Of a stretch of DNA of 64,000 bases, positions 46,299 to 57,154 are shown piece by piece; positions within the stretch are counted from its first letter, which is position 1, and the number at the start of each line of letters is the position of its first letter. The DNA is taken from the NCBI GenBank assembly GCA_041655765.1, contig JBBAEU010000003.1, forward strand, positions 4,923 through 68,922. The letters are read 5' to 3'. This DNA is from Brumimicrobium sp. GTDB lineage: Bacteria > Bacteroidota > Bacteroidia > Flavobacteriales_D > Crocinitomicaceae. A model generated the notes under the pieces. It saw nothing but the letters and a program-made list of their open reading frames with translations. It ran no database searches and was not told where the DNA came from. The translations under genes were made by a program, and so were the position numbers.

Positions 46299-47489
46299 TT
46301 AATACAAAAAGCCAAATAACCAAACAGGAATAATGTTGTCAGAACCAATTTCAATTTGGTCTTCTGTAACAAAGCCAGTTATACTATTTTGATTTCGATT
46401 TTTGGGCTTCCTTTTTTCTGCAATTTCTAATGGTATTCTTTCGTCAATGATTAAATCTCCTTTTTGATGTAATTGTATCTTGTGCAATCCTTTTAATTGA
46501 TTGATGATAAATGTTTCTCTTACGCTTTCATTGCTCGTATTTTCTTTAGCTAATGCATAAAGTATGCTTGCGTTATTTAGATAGAGTTTTTCAGGTTTTG
46601 TAAGCAAACCAATTTCTGTTGTGGGCCTATAAAGTTCATTGATTAACCCTGCTCTTTCCAGCATTTTTAAAGCGGTAACAACGCTATTTCTTGAGAGTCC
46701 AACCAATTGACTTAAATCACTAATATTCGGTGTAAAAGGAACATTCTCAGCAATGTTTTTTAATAATATTTTGAGTTTGATTATTGTCGTATAATTCACA
46801 TTTTCCACCGCATTTATGTCATTCTCGATAGCGAAATTTATGGCGTTTAGTAGCTTTTGATAATCGAACTCTTCATTTGCCAGACGATGGGGATAAGCAC
46901 CACATTTTAAATATTTTTCAAAAAGCGGGATTGGTCTAATTTTTTGTATTAACTCTCTCGCAATCGAAACGTGGTTTTGTAAAATATTCAACAACGAATA
47001 AAAAGGAAGCAGTTGGTTGGTTTCAGATTCAATAAACTCTCTAAAAGACATTTCTTTTAAATTATAACTTTTTGTCTTTCTGCATAAATCGTCTTCTGAT
47101 ATGTGCTTATTAAGTATTGACGAAGCAGCAAAAATTATACAAAGATTTGGAAAGCTATCATGTATGAATTTGATTTCTTTCGACCAATTAGGATATTTAT
47201 GTGTTTCATCTAACAAAAGATGTGTTCCTCCAAATTGCACAAATTTTTTAGCTAAATCGAATAAACTATTTGCAGAAAAATAAATGTGATCTAAACTTAT
47301 ATAAAGTGTTTTTTTGTCTGCTAATTTTATTTTAGCAATTTGCAATAAGAGTTTTGTTTTGCCAGTCCCTCTTGCCCCTGTTATGGAAATTAATCGGTTA
47401 CTTAAATCAATGGAATTGAACAGATAGCGTTTAAAATGTGTATCTGTTTGCGTAATATTTTTTTGATTTTCTAAAAGTAAATTTTCCAT
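46299..47489 (-). CDS. AAA_14/DUF4143-type ATPase
   Basis: GARGTGKT, LLLDETHKYPNW, MSFREF, KPEKLYLNN, RETFIINQL, IPVWLFGFLY. Confidence 0.88.
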   Translation of the reverse strand: MENLLLENQKNITQTDTHFKRYLFNSIDLSNRLISITGARGTGKTKLLLQIAKIKLADKKTLYISLDHIYFSANSLFDLAKKFVQFGGTHLLLDETHKYPNWSKEIKFIHDSFPNLCIIFAASSILNKHISEDDLCRKTKSYNLKEMSFREFIESETNQLLPFYSLLNILQNHVSIARELIQKIRPIPLFEKYLKCGAYPHRLANEEFDYQKLLNAINFAIENDINAVENVNYTTIIKLKILLKNIAENVPFTPNISDLSQLVGLSRNSVVTALKMLERAGLINELYRPTTEIGLLTKPEKLYLNNASILYALAKENTSNESVRETFIINQLKGLHKIQLHQKGDLIIDERIPLEIAEKRKPKNRNQNSITGFVTEDQIEIGSDNIIPVWLFGFLY

Positions 47490-47509
47490 AAATTGCTGTT
47501 TATATTAAG

Positions 47510-47517
47510 CAAATATA
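47510..47517 (-). promoter_or_regulatory. -7 promoter box for the AAA ATPase
   Basis: TATATTTG on the minus strand, 20 nt before the ATG. Confidence 0.5.
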
Positions 47518-47708
47518 AAAGTTTTTTGTTAAATACATAAAGCAAGAATTGATCATTTAAAAGAAAGATGAGTATATGTCTTTTTCGAAAAGAGTTCTTT
47601 GAATTTTGAAGAGTTTAAGCCACTTTGAAGTAATTCAACAACCTTTCCAAATGATATATCATAACTTTGTTCAATAAAATAATTATTTTTGTTCCAAGTA
47701 AATTAAAA

Positions 47709-48938
47709 GTGAAACAAAACGTACTATATATTTCTTATGATGGCATGACAGACCCGTTGGGGCAATCTCAAGTTTTGCCCTATATAGCAGGACTTTCAAA
47801 AACATATCAGTTTCATTTAATCAGTTTTGAGAAAGCTGGTAACTTCACAAAAAACAAAAGGTTAATAGAAGATATTTGCGAAAAGCATAATATTGTATGG
47901 CATCCTTTAAAATACACGAAGAATCCCCCAATATTTTCTACATTGAGTGACATCAATAAAATGAAAAAATTAACAATAAAGTTAGACGAAAAATTTAACT
48001 TTAAAATCATTCATTGCCGTAGCTATATAGCTTCATTAATCGGACTTTATATGAAACAAAAATATCAAAAGAAATTCATCTTTGATATGCGTGGTTTCTG
48101 GGCAGATGAAAGGGTTGATGGGAAGTTATGGAATCTTAAAAACCCTGTTTACAAATTTATCTACAACTATTTTAAAAAGAAAGAAAAGCAATTCTTACAA
48201 GTTTCAGATTCAATTGTCTCATTGACAAAAAATGGGAAAAACGAAATTTTAAGTTGGAATATTTTAGGGGTAACTGAAAACAAAATAACAGTTATTCCAT
48301 GCTGTGTTGATTTAAACATATTTGACCCAGAAAAAATTGACATTCAACAACAGATGGCGTTAAAATCCCACCTTAGAATTTCAGACAACGATTATGTTTT
48401 GGGTTATGTTGGTTCTCTAGGGACATGGTATATGTTAGACGAAATGCTTCATTATTTTAAGGTCTTTTCTTCCACAAATGCCAACACCAAATTTCTTTTT
48501 ATATCTGGTGAAAATCCGCAAGACATATACAACAAAGCTACTCAATACAACATCCCACGAGATAAAATTGTTGTAACAAAATGTCTTCACAAAGACGTTC
48601 CTTTACATATTTCATTGTTTGATGCTTCGATTTTCTTTATTCTTCCAGCTTATTCAAAGAAAGCATCTTCTCCTACCAAGCAAGGAGAATTAATGGCAAT
48701 GGGAATTCCTGTAATTTGTAATTCTGGTATTGGCGATACCGGTTTTGTAATAAAAACTTATGAGTCAGGTATTTTAATAAACCAGTTTATAGAGGACGAT
48801 TACAAAGAAGGAAGTATTAAGCTAAATAACGATACATTCGATATTTTAAAAATAAAAGAAGGTGCTAAGGATTTCTATGGGTTGGAAAATGGGTTGGAAA
48901 ACTATTTTAAAGTTTATAATCAATTAAGTCATGCCTAA
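47709..48938 (+). CDS. Glycosyltransferase, GT4 family
   Basis: LYISYDGMTDPLGQSQVLPY, IHCRSY, FDMRGFWADER, YVGSLG, SPTKQGELMAMGIP. GTG at 47709 preferred because the track start 47667 overlaps the TAACTTTG box at 47662-47669. Confidence 0.92.
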   Translation: MKQNVLYISYDGMTDPLGQSQVLPYIAGLSKTYQFHLISFEKAGNFTKNKRLIEDICEKHNIVWHPLKYTKNPPIFSTLSDINKMKKLTIKLDEKFNFKIIHCRSYIASLIGLYMKQKYQKKFIFDMRGFWADERVDGKLWNLKNPVYKFIYNYFKKKEKQFLQVSDSIVSLTKNGKNEILSWNILGVTENKITVIPCCVDLNIFDPEKIDIQQQMALKSHLRISDNDYVLGYVGSLGTWYMLDEMLHYFKVFSSTNANTKFLFISGENPQDIYNKATQYNIPRDKIVVTKCLHKDVPLHISLFDASIFFILPAYSKKASSPTKQGELMAMGIPVICNSGIGDTGFVIKTYESGILINQFIEDDYKEGSIKLNNDTFDILKIKEGAKDFYGLENGLENYFKVYNQLSHA

Positions 48939-49998
48939 GATTCTCTTTATCGCTCCTTATCCTTTTGGCGAAGCTCCTTCTCAGCGATTTCGTTTTGAGC
49001 AGTATAAAACGATTCTTGAAGAAGAGCATGATGTGGAATATTCACCTTTTTACAGTTTAAAGATTTGGGAAATTTTATACCAAAAAGGTAAAAACACACA
49101 AAAAACTTTCCTTCTTCTATCAGCATATTGTAGAAGATTTATTTTGCTGTTTAAGTTAAGAAAATACGATTACATTTTTGTTCATAGAGAAATAGCTCCC
49201 ATGGGACCTCCAATTTTTGAATTTCTTTTAGCTAAAATTTGTAAACGAAAATATATTTATGACTTTGATGATGCAATTTGGCTCCCAAATTATAGTAAAG
49301 CCAATTCCAAATTTCAATTTCTTAAATCTTATTGGAAAGTAAAATATATTATTAAATGGGCAGACAAAGTAACGGTTGGTAATGAATACTTAGCCAATTA
49401 TGCTCGACAATTTAATAAAAACGTAGAAGTTATACCAACAACCATCGATACCGAAAATTATCATACCGTTTTAACAGACCATACACAAGAAAAAGTAGTG
49501 ATTGGTTGGACAGGCTCACACTCCACCATGAAGTATTTGGACTTTTTCTATCCTATTATCGCAGAATTAGAGCAAAAATATGATTTTACGTTTCGGATTA
49601 TCTCAGACAAGAATCCAGAAGTTAAATTAAAATCACTTGAATTTGTCAAATGGAACAAAGCAACAGAAATTGAAGACTTATCAAAAATACATATTGGCGT
49701 AATGCCTTTGGTCGATAATCAGTGGGCAAGAGGAAAATGTGGATTTAAAGGGCTTCAATATATGGCTTTAGAAGTTGTTTCAGTTATGTCGCCCGTCGGA
49801 GTTAACCAAACAATTGTTCAAAACGGTAAAAATGGATTTCTTGCTAACACGCCTGAAGAATGGAAAGATATTCTAATAGATTTACTAAAAGATGCTGAAA
49901 AACGTAAAGAAATAGGTAAAAACGGAAGAATACGTGTAATTGAAGCCTATTCCGTACTTTCTCAAAAGGAGAAGTATTTACGTCTTTTTAAAGCATAA
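48931..49998 (+). CDS. Glycosyltransferase, GT4 family
   Basis: APSQRFR, YDFDDAIW, IGWTGS, GKCGFKGLQYMA, SPVGVN. Confidence 0.92.
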   Translation: MPKILFIAPYPFGEAPSQRFRFEQYKTILEEEHDVEYSPFYSLKIWEILYQKGKNTQKTFLLLSAYCRRFILLFKLRKYDYIFVHREIAPMGPPIFEFLLAKICKRKYIYDFDDAIWLPNYSKANSKFQFLKSYWKVKYIIKWADKVTVGNEYLANYARQFNKNVEVIPTTIDTENYHTVLTDHTQEKVVIGWTGSHSTMKYLDFFYPIIAELEQKYDFTFRIISDKNPEVKLKSLEFVKWNKATEIEDLSKIHIGVMPLVDNQWARGKCGFKGLQYMALEVVSVMSPVGVNQTIVQNGKNGFLANTPEEWKDILIDLLKDAEKRKEIGKNGRIRVIEAYSVLSQKEKYLRLFKA

Positions 49999-50038
49999 TT
50001 ACTTCCCTTTACAAATTACAAATTAAATTAATTCCAAT

Positions 50039-53000
50039 TTAATCTATTTTTATAACATGTAAAACCTTTGTTATGGCATCATTCTGTATAACAACCTGAT
50101 AGCTTCCAGCATTATATCTTGAAAATTCTAAATGAATGAAATCACTAGCAATGGTTCGAATTTCTTCAATTTTTCTGCCTAACCTATCATGAATCGAAAT
50201 GTTTACTTTTTGTCCAAACAAATTACCGTTCAAAGCGATTGTATAATTGTTGGAGGTAGGATTTGGATAGCCTTGAATTGTCTCCAAATCCTCTAAATCT
50301 TTAACCCCTAAAATTTCAATATATTCTTCAGGTGACATTATCGGGCATCCTCCTTCAAATGTTACCTCTACACTATAATTCCCTCCAGTTGTTGCGATAT
50401 ATGTTGAATTAACAGCCCCTGGAATTGCCAATCCATTCAAATACCATTGGTAGCTAACATTTGCAGAAGTTATATTTGTGGACAATAGATTGTCATCATA
50501 AATTATAAATACATCTTGTACTGGGTGAACAGTGATGTCGGTAACACTCGTTGTAATACATGAAGCGCTAACACCAAAAACAAAGTGACTTGATTTTTCT
50601 GAAACATTGATATATGTTGCTCCTTCTACTTTATCTATGTGCTCAACTGTGTTGATAGCTGTAACTCCACTTTCTGATAACTGATTGTATTCATTATTTC
50701 CAAATCCGAAAACATTATTGTCTCCTTTTAATAATAAAGAAGTGTTTTTTCTTGCTGATAAAGTCGCTACCCCTCCAATATTTACTTTAATAGGAGATAA
50801 GTGGTTAGTAAAATCTCCTGTTCCTAATTGACCAAAAGAATTATCTCCAGAAGCATAGACTTGATTCCCTTCTACTAAAAATAACGAATGTTTGGAACCT
50901 CCTACTGCTTGTTTCACTCTTTTAAAAGAATTAACTATTGGAGTAGTTTGGCTGGTCGTATTTCCAAGTCCTAATTGTCCTGCCTCATTTCCACCCCAAA
51001 CATAAAGAATTCCTGTATTATCAATGGCAAAGCTACTACTTTTTCCTGCGCCTACAGAAACAATGTTTGAAAGTGTTGACACCTGTACAGGTACTGAAGA
51101 GTTAGTTAAGCCTCCGTTACCTAATTGACCTGCTGTGTTAGCCCCCATTGTCCACACAGTGCCATCATTTTTAAGGATTACAAAATGATTTTCTCCAGCC
51201 GCTATCGTATCTACGTCAGTTATGTTTGTATTCAAAAATGGGAAATTAATGACCATATTGCTGCCCGTACCAAGTTGCCCCAAATCATTTTTTCCCCAAA
51301 CGTAAATCTCTCCACCATTCGTAATCGCAATATTTGATTGATAAGCAGTAGCAACACTTTTTATATTAGACAACGAAGCCACCTGTTTTGGGTAATTTTT
51401 ATTAGAATAAGTTCCATCACCTAATTGTCCATTGTCGTTTTTACCCCATGTATAAACATCTCCTGAATTTGTTAATGCAATAACATGAGAGCTTCCTCCT
51501 AAAACTTGCTTATAAGATTCATTTGATATTGCTCTCACTGGTGATAATTGATTTAGATTCGTACTGTCTCCATAAACTCCACTACCGTTGTCACCTCGCG
51601 TCCAAACATTTCCATCTCCTCCATGGGTAACTTCCAAAGAATAATTACCATCCAAAAATGCAATGAAAATAGAATCTGTAGCTCCAGAAATTGGACTTCC
51701 ATTATAATACCATTGATTTCCATAGTGAGAATTGCTGTATAGAATCACAGAATCTCTTTCACAAAACTCGTAAGGAGAATTAGCAGAGATTATTGGTTCT
51801 TCAATGATATTAATCGTGATGATATTGTCATGTTCTTGTTCACACAATGTTGAATTAGACTGACCTATAAATGTAACTTCATCTAAATTCACACCATCAT
51901 TTAGCGTAAAGGAGTTGTTACTTGAAAATGCTCCTTGAGCAACTCCGTTCACATAAAACTGATAGGCATCAGCTCCATTTGCTGTAAAGCTAATAGGTGT
52001 GCCATTACAAACCATATTAGAAGGTGAAGCGTTAAGTTGCAAATCCATACTGTTCACTGTGAAAGTATAAGGCACAGGCGCTGATGAACAATGAGCATTA
52101 TAACCAATTATTGTTATTTCATCACCATTTTCTAAAGATTCAATTTCAAAATCAGGATTTGTTCCAGATTGCATTAAATTATTATTTAGATAATATCCAT
52201 AAGTCATTGCTCCAGTTGTATTAAACGTAACCATTTCATCTTTACAAATAATTGCTGTCGGAGATGAAGTTGTAACATTTAGTATAGGATATTGGTAAAC
52301 AGTAAAATTAATAGATTGACTTGCTGTTGAAGCACAGTCATTTAATTTCCCAGAAACTGAAACCACATCATTATCACTTAAGCTAGAAGTAAAATGAGGG
52401 TTAGAAGAATAAGCTCCAACAGGTACTCCGTTAATAGAGAATTGATATTCGTCTGCTCCCGTAGCTGTTAAATCTGTAAGTTCTCCCTCACATAGTTCAG
52501 TGGAATTATTATTTATAAGATTAACAATTGGATATTGGTTAACATTTATTGTTATGGCAGAAGATGTGCTTAGACATCCGTTTAAATCACCTTTTACTTT
52601 TATTTCATCACCATTTTCTAGTACGTTTGAAGTAAAAATAGGATTTGTAGTTGTTCCTTGTGAAATTCCATTCACAAAAAACTCATAATTGTTTGCTCCC
52701 GAACCAATAAGCTCTACCTGTTCTCCAGTACATATCGTATTGTTTCCAGTATTTGTTAATGTAACAATAGGAACTTGATTAACAGTTATGGGAGTTGCTA
52801 CGGCTGACTCAGTACAGCCCTGAGAAGAAGAAACCACTACTGAAACAACATCTCCATCTTGCAAAGAATTGGAAGCAAATGAATTAAATGTAGTAGGCGT
52901 TCCTTGTGATACTCCATTTACAAAAAACTCATATAAAGAACCTCCACCAGCAAAGTAAGTAACATTGTCACCAGCACAAACTACATTGTCTGATGCTTGA

Positions 53001-56000
53001 AGACTGACTACGACTGAAGGGTTAACAGTAACGTAAACTTCTGTACTGTCAACACAGTTGTTAAGTTCACCAACAACTTTTATAGGGTATGTTCCTACCG
53101 CGAATCCATTGGTTGAAATGTTATCGTTTGGAGACAATGGTCCTTGTGATATATTGTTTACAAAAAACTCATAATTGTTTGCTCCAGTTGCTTGGTATGT
53201 TTCTACGACATCTTCACAAAAAGTATTATTAGTTGCTGTACCTACAAGGGTCATTACAGGTTTTGGCTTAACAATAAAAGTGTGGTCAAATGGATTACTT
53301 ATACAACCCAAAGTATTTCCAACTACTGAAGCCGTTTGTCCATTCTGAAGTTGATTCAATGTAAAATTATTTGAAGTAGTATATCCACCTTGAGCGATAT
53401 TATCTATGAATAATTGATATTGATCAGCTCCCGAAACATTTAATATTACAGTTTCGCCTTCACAAATCTCATTGGTAGGAACAGAGCTTATAACATTAAT
53501 TGTAGGAATTGGGTTGACCGTTACTGTCAGCGTGTCATTACTTACACTTGAACAACCATTTGCTCCAGTACCCACAATCTTTACTTGATACGAGCCACTT
53601 GCTAATGTCTCAGTAAAGAAGGCGCTTGTTTGTGGTGTTCCCTGTGAAACATCATCAATAAATAGTTCATAAAAAGCAGAGTTGGTACCTGTAAAAGTTA
53701 TGCTTTCACCTTCACAAACTGTATTGGAAGTAACGCTTGAAAATATGTTTACCGATGGAGTTGGTAATACCTGAGTGGTTACCGATTTCGAAAGTTCACA
53801 TGTACCATTGGCTCCCATAACCGTTACTGTTTGACCATTTAATAATGAATCAGTTGTATAAATATTATTTGAAGAAGGACTTCCTAACGAAACACCATTC
53901 AGAAAAAACTCATATTGGAATGCGCCAGAAGCGGTAAAAGTTACTGGTGTATTTCTACATACAGTATTGCCTGAAGCATCTGAAACTAAGTCTGTTGTTG
54001 GCGCATCGAGAACTGTAAATTCAATCGGTGCAGAGGTGTTATTACAACCACTAAATATTCCTACCACATATACGTTATCTTGGTCAATTAAACTACTTGA
54101 TGAATATGTGTTTGTAGGTGAAGGACCTTGAACAGATACTCCATTAATAAAAAACTCATATTGAGATGAACCACTTGCTGAAAAATTTACAGTTGTACCA
54201 CTACACAGAACAGTCGATTGGTCTGCTGATAAATTAACCGTAGGAAGCGGATTAACATAATAAGAAAAACTTTCTGGTGCTGATGCTGAACAACCAAAGT
54301 TAGATGTTCCAATTACTGTCACTACATCTCCACTACTTAAACTTGACGTTGAAAATGTATTTAATGTTGATGGGGCAGATTGAGAAGCTCCATTCACAAA
54401 AAACTCATATTCATTTGCACCTGAAGCTGTGAAATTAACTAAATCTCCCTGACAAATGGTATTCGTAGTGATTGAAGACGACAATGATACTGCAGGAAGA
54501 GGTGAAACAGTAAAAATTTGAGAAATTGTATCTCTACAGTTTTTTTGATCTCTCGCAACCAAAGAAATTAAATCATTATCATTTAATTGATTTGTTGTAT
54601 AAGTTGCTCCTACAGAAACAGGAGAACCATTTTTAAGGTATTGAAAAATATAATCAGTAGCTGTTCCAATAATTTGTGCTTCAAAAGTAAACGCATCTGA
54701 TTCACAAAGTATAGCGTTAGAAGGGGTAACATTCCATTCAAATGTAGGTAAATCATTAACCACAAATTCTAATTGAGGAATAGAAGTGCTTGGACAATTA
54801 TCAAAAAATGATTGTACACTTATGATATCTCCATCATTAATGTTCGTAGTTTCAAAAACGTTATTGGACGATAGAGGTCCCACAGGATTATTATTAACAT
54901 AAAACTGAAATTCAGCAACTGAAGTATCGCTAGAAACGACAAACTCTACTAGCTCTCCTTGACAAATTTCTTGATTTAAACTAGAGCTGGTTAAGAATGT
55001 ACTCGGATTTTTAACATAAAATAATTCAGAGTGTTGTGTTGTACAAAAATTTAAATTATTAGTCACCTCAAGTGTTACGTTAAAACTTCCACTGCTTGCG
55101 AATACATATTTGTTGGTGTCTGCTATATATTCAATCCAGGTGGAGTCAGTAGGGTTTATTGGGTCATTATATTCAAAATAGCCAGAACCATCATTAAAAT
55201 ACCATTTGATAGTCATATCGTCTGGATCTCCTGTGTGAACGGTAGATAAATTTTGAATATGCACTGTATCTCCATAACAATCATCATTAGAAAGTGTAAA
55301 GAAAGATGTAATTGTTGGAGCTGGTGAAAAGTCCCAACCTGTTTCAATACCAGTATTACTAGAATGTTGAAGCGGAGGTGTTATTCCAGTAGCATTAACA
55401 CCGTTTAGATGAACTGCAAAAATATCTGTTGTTGCTGTCGGCTCAAAATTTATGGTTACGGGTAATGAAGAATCAGTAGAGGAAATAAAAATTGAATCTG
55501 CACAGTTTCCTAACATTTCCAAAGAGCTTATTACTTTCTGGATTGTTGTTGAGTCTATCGTTATATCATTGTCTTTTAATATAGTTAGCTTATTGAAAAC
55601 ATTATTCCCGGATATTTTTTGCACATCCCCATTATTTTTAAAGTTCAATGTAACTTCATTAAATGAAAGGTCTTTTGTTAATAGTTGATTGCTGTTAATT
55701 GAATCTCCAATAAAAAGAGAAGATGTACCTGCGTTGAATGAAAAGTTTTCAGCAATTCCTGCATTAAATTCGCCAGATAGAACGACGCTGGAACTTGTAA
55801 AGTCTAATACTTTAGAACTTAAATCGGGTGATGCAAAAATAAAGTTTGATTTAAGGTCAAAATTATTTAGATTAAATTCTCCACTTCTTATGAACACTCC
55901 CAAACTATCTCCTTGTATCAAATCGGACCCTAAATGTACTACATCATCTGAATCTACAGTATTAATAAAAATATTACAGTTCACTGTAGCTCCTTGTATA

Positions 56001-57136
56001 TCAACAATAGAAACACCTGTTATCTCAATAGCATCAATAAATTCTGTTGGAGAAATTGTTAAGTCTTGATTTAAAATAATATCTCCATTGATATACAACA
56101 TCGTATCTAAATTCAGAACGGCATTAAATGAAATATCGTTCCAGCTCATATAGGAGGCAAACGCTTCCTCATTTACAACGACAATTTGGCTATCGATAGA
56201 AAAAGAATTGTGATCAAATATTACGCTATCTCCATATTTTGGTATGCAAGAAGCATCGGGAACACCTCCTGATGTGAGTGACCAATGGTTTAAATCTGTC
56301 CAGTTTCCACCATCTCCAATCCAGAATAATTTTCTTCCTTTGATTGTCCAACCAGTGGCATTCGTTACATCTCCACTCAAAGTAGTGTATGTATATCCAC
56401 CTGTATTTATCGCGTTTACATTGTCAATATCTAAAAATGATACATGAAGTTGATTGTAGCCTGTTTTTCGGATAGACGCAGCCACTCCAGTAGGATTCAC
56501 GGTTTTAATGATTGAATGGCTGTTACAATTTGTATTGATATTAAGTGAATCTATGGTAAGAGTTTCAGCATTAGAAATAAGAATTTCAGCTCCTAGTTCA
56601 TTAGTTTTTAGCAAATCAAAGGTACTACCATCGATTGTTAATTGAGTTGAAAAAGAAATTAAATCATTGTATATTTCATTATGACCATTAAAAGTGAATG
56701 GCAGTGTATTTGTAGTTGTAATTGGAGCGTTGGTAAAGTTGAGGGTTGAGATATTTTGGATATCCCACGTGTCGCCAGCTATGGTTATGTTGCTGTTGAG
56801 TATTTCTAATTCTTCTGCATCTATAACTACGAAGTTGTCACAAGAAATATTATTACCATCAACATGAATACTTGCAGATGCGTTTTCCACAGTAATATTC
56901 AAAACGGTTATGTCTATATCTATAGAAACAATAAATGATGCGGCACCAGAGTTTGCATCAATAATTATGTTGTCCGAGACCCCTGGCATTGTCGTAGTAG
57001 CTGTCCCGCCAGAAGTTAAAGACCAATGACTTTGTTCAGACCAACTTCCTGAACCACCAATCCAATAATAATCAACTGAAAGTGAAAAGAATGCTATACT
57101 ACAAAAAAGTAGTGATAAAAATATTTTTGTCTTCAT
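50039..57136 (-). CDS. Large T9SS type A-sorted surface protein with Ig-like repeats and an RCC1/BLIP-II propeller
   Basis: Signal peptide; two copies of YWIG..G.W....HWSLTSGG; many FTASG...YEFFVNG repeats; RCC1 repeats HVIALTNSGDVYTWGKNDNGQLG; C-terminal GYPNP...GSYQVVI. Confidence 0.9.
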   Translation of the reverse strand: MKTKIFLSLLFCSIAFFSLSVDYYWIGGSGSWSEQSHWSLTSGGTATTTMPGVSDNIIIDANSGAASFIVSIDIDITVLNITVENASASIHVDGNNISCDNFVVIDAEELEILNSNITIAGDTWDIQNISTLNFTNAPITTTNTLPFTFNGHNEIYNDLISFSTQLTIDGSTFDLLKTNELGAEILISNAETLTIDSLNINTNCNSHSIIKTVNPTGVAASIRKTGYNQLHVSFLDIDNVNAINTGGYTYTTLSGDVTNATGWTIKGRKLFWIGDGGNWTDLNHWSLTSGGVPDASCIPKYGDSVIFDHNSFSIDSQIVVVNEEAFASYMSWNDISFNAVLNLDTMLYINGDIILNQDLTISPTEFIDAIEITGVSIVDIQGATVNCNIFINTVDSDDVVHLGSDLIQGDSLGVFIRSGEFNLNNFDLKSNFIFASPDLSSKVLDFTSSSVVLSGEFNAGIAENFSFNAGTSSLFIGDSINSNQLLTKDLSFNEVTLNFKNNGDVQKISGNNVFNKLTILKDNDITIDSTTIQKVISSLEMLGNCADSIFISSTDSSLPVTINFEPTATTDIFAVHLNGVNATGITPPLQHSSNTGIETGWDFSPAPTITSFFTLSNDDCYGDTVHIQNLSTVHTGDPDDMTIKWYFNDGSGYFEYNDPINPTDSTWIEYIADTNKYVFASSGSFNVTLEVTNNLNFCTTQHSELFYVKNPSTFLTSSSLNQEICQGELVEFVVSSDTSVAEFQFYVNNNPVGPLSSNNVFETTNINDGDIISVQSFFDNCPSTSIPQLEFVVNDLPTFEWNVTPSNAILCESDAFTFEAQIIGTATDYIFQYLKNGSPVSVGATYTTNQLNDNDLISLVARDQKNCRDTISQIFTVSPLPAVSLSSSITTNTICQGDLVNFTASGANEYEFFVNGASQSAPSTLNTFSTSSLSSGDVVTVIGTSNFGCSASAPESFSYYVNPLPTVNLSADQSTVLCSGTTVNFSASGSSQYEFFINGVSVQGPSPTNTYSSSSLIDQDNVYVVGIFSGCNNTSAPIEFTVLDAPTTDLVSDASGNTVCRNTPVTFTASGAFQYEFFLNGVSLGSPSSNNIYTTDSLLNGQTVTVMGANGTCELSKSVTTQVLPTPSVNIFSSVTSNTVCEGESITFTGTNSAFYELFIDDVSQGTPQTSAFFTETLASGSYQVKIVGTGANGCSSVSNDTLTVTVNPIPTINVISSVPTNEICEGETVILNVSGADQYQLFIDNIAQGGYTTSNNFTLNQLQNGQTASVVGNTLGCISNPFDHTFIVKPKPVMTLVGTATNNTFCEDVVETYQATGANNYEFFVNNISQGPLSPNDNISTNGFAVGTYPIKVVGELNNCVDSTEVYVTVNPSVVVSLQASDNVVCAGDNVTYFAGGGSLYEFFVNGVSQGTPTTFNSFASNSLQDGDVVSVVVSSSQGCTESAVATPITVNQVPIVTLTNTGNNTICTGEQVELIGSGANNYEFFVNGISQGTTTNPIFTSNVLENGDEIKVKGDLNGCLSTSSAITINVNQYPIVNLINNNSTELCEGELTDLTATGADEYQFSINGVPVGAYSSNPHFTSSLSDNDVVSVSGKLNDCASTASQSINFTVYQYPILNVTTSSPTAIICKDEMVTFNTTGAMTYGYYLNNNLMQSGTNPDFEIESLENGDEITIIGYNAHCSSAPVPYTFTVNSMDLQLNASPSNMVCNGTPISFTANGADAYQFYVNGVAQGAFSSNNSFTLNDGVNLDEVTFIGQSNSTLCEQEHDNIITINIIEEPIISANSPYEFCERDSVILYSNSHYGNQWYYNGSPISGATDSIFIAFLDGNYSLEVTHGGDGNVWTRGDNGSGVYGDSTNLNQLSPVRAISNESYKQVLGGSSHVIALTNSGDVYTWGKNDNGQLGDGTYSNKNYPKQVASLSNIKSVATAYQSNIAITNGGEIYVWGKNDLGQLGTGSNMVINFPFLNTNITDVDTIAAGENHFVILKNDGTVWTMGANTAGQLGNGGLTNSSVPVQVSTLSNIVSVGAGKSSSFAIDNTGILYVWGGNEAGQLGLGNTTSQTTPIVNSFKRVKQAVGGSKHSLFLVEGNQVYASGDNSFGQLGTGDFTNHLSPIKVNIGGVATLSARKNTSLLLKGDNNVFGFGNNEYNQLSESGVTAINTVEHIDKVEGATYINVSEKSSHFVFGVSASCITTSVTDITVHPVQDVFIIYDDNLLSTNITSANVSYQWYLNGLAIPGAVNSTYIATTGGNYSVEVTFEGGCPIMSPEEYIEILGVKDLEDLETIQGYPNPTSNNYTIALNGNLFGQKVNISIHDRLGRKIEEIRTIASDFIHLEFSRYNAGSYQVVIQNDAITKVLHVIKID

Positions 57137-57154
57137 AATAATATAATATAGAGG

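Noticed and set aside
48877-48900. 12-bp tandem duplication ATGGGTTGGAAA x2 in a GT4 gene
   Set aside because: In frame, in the terminal helix (YGLENGLENY); no evident consequence.
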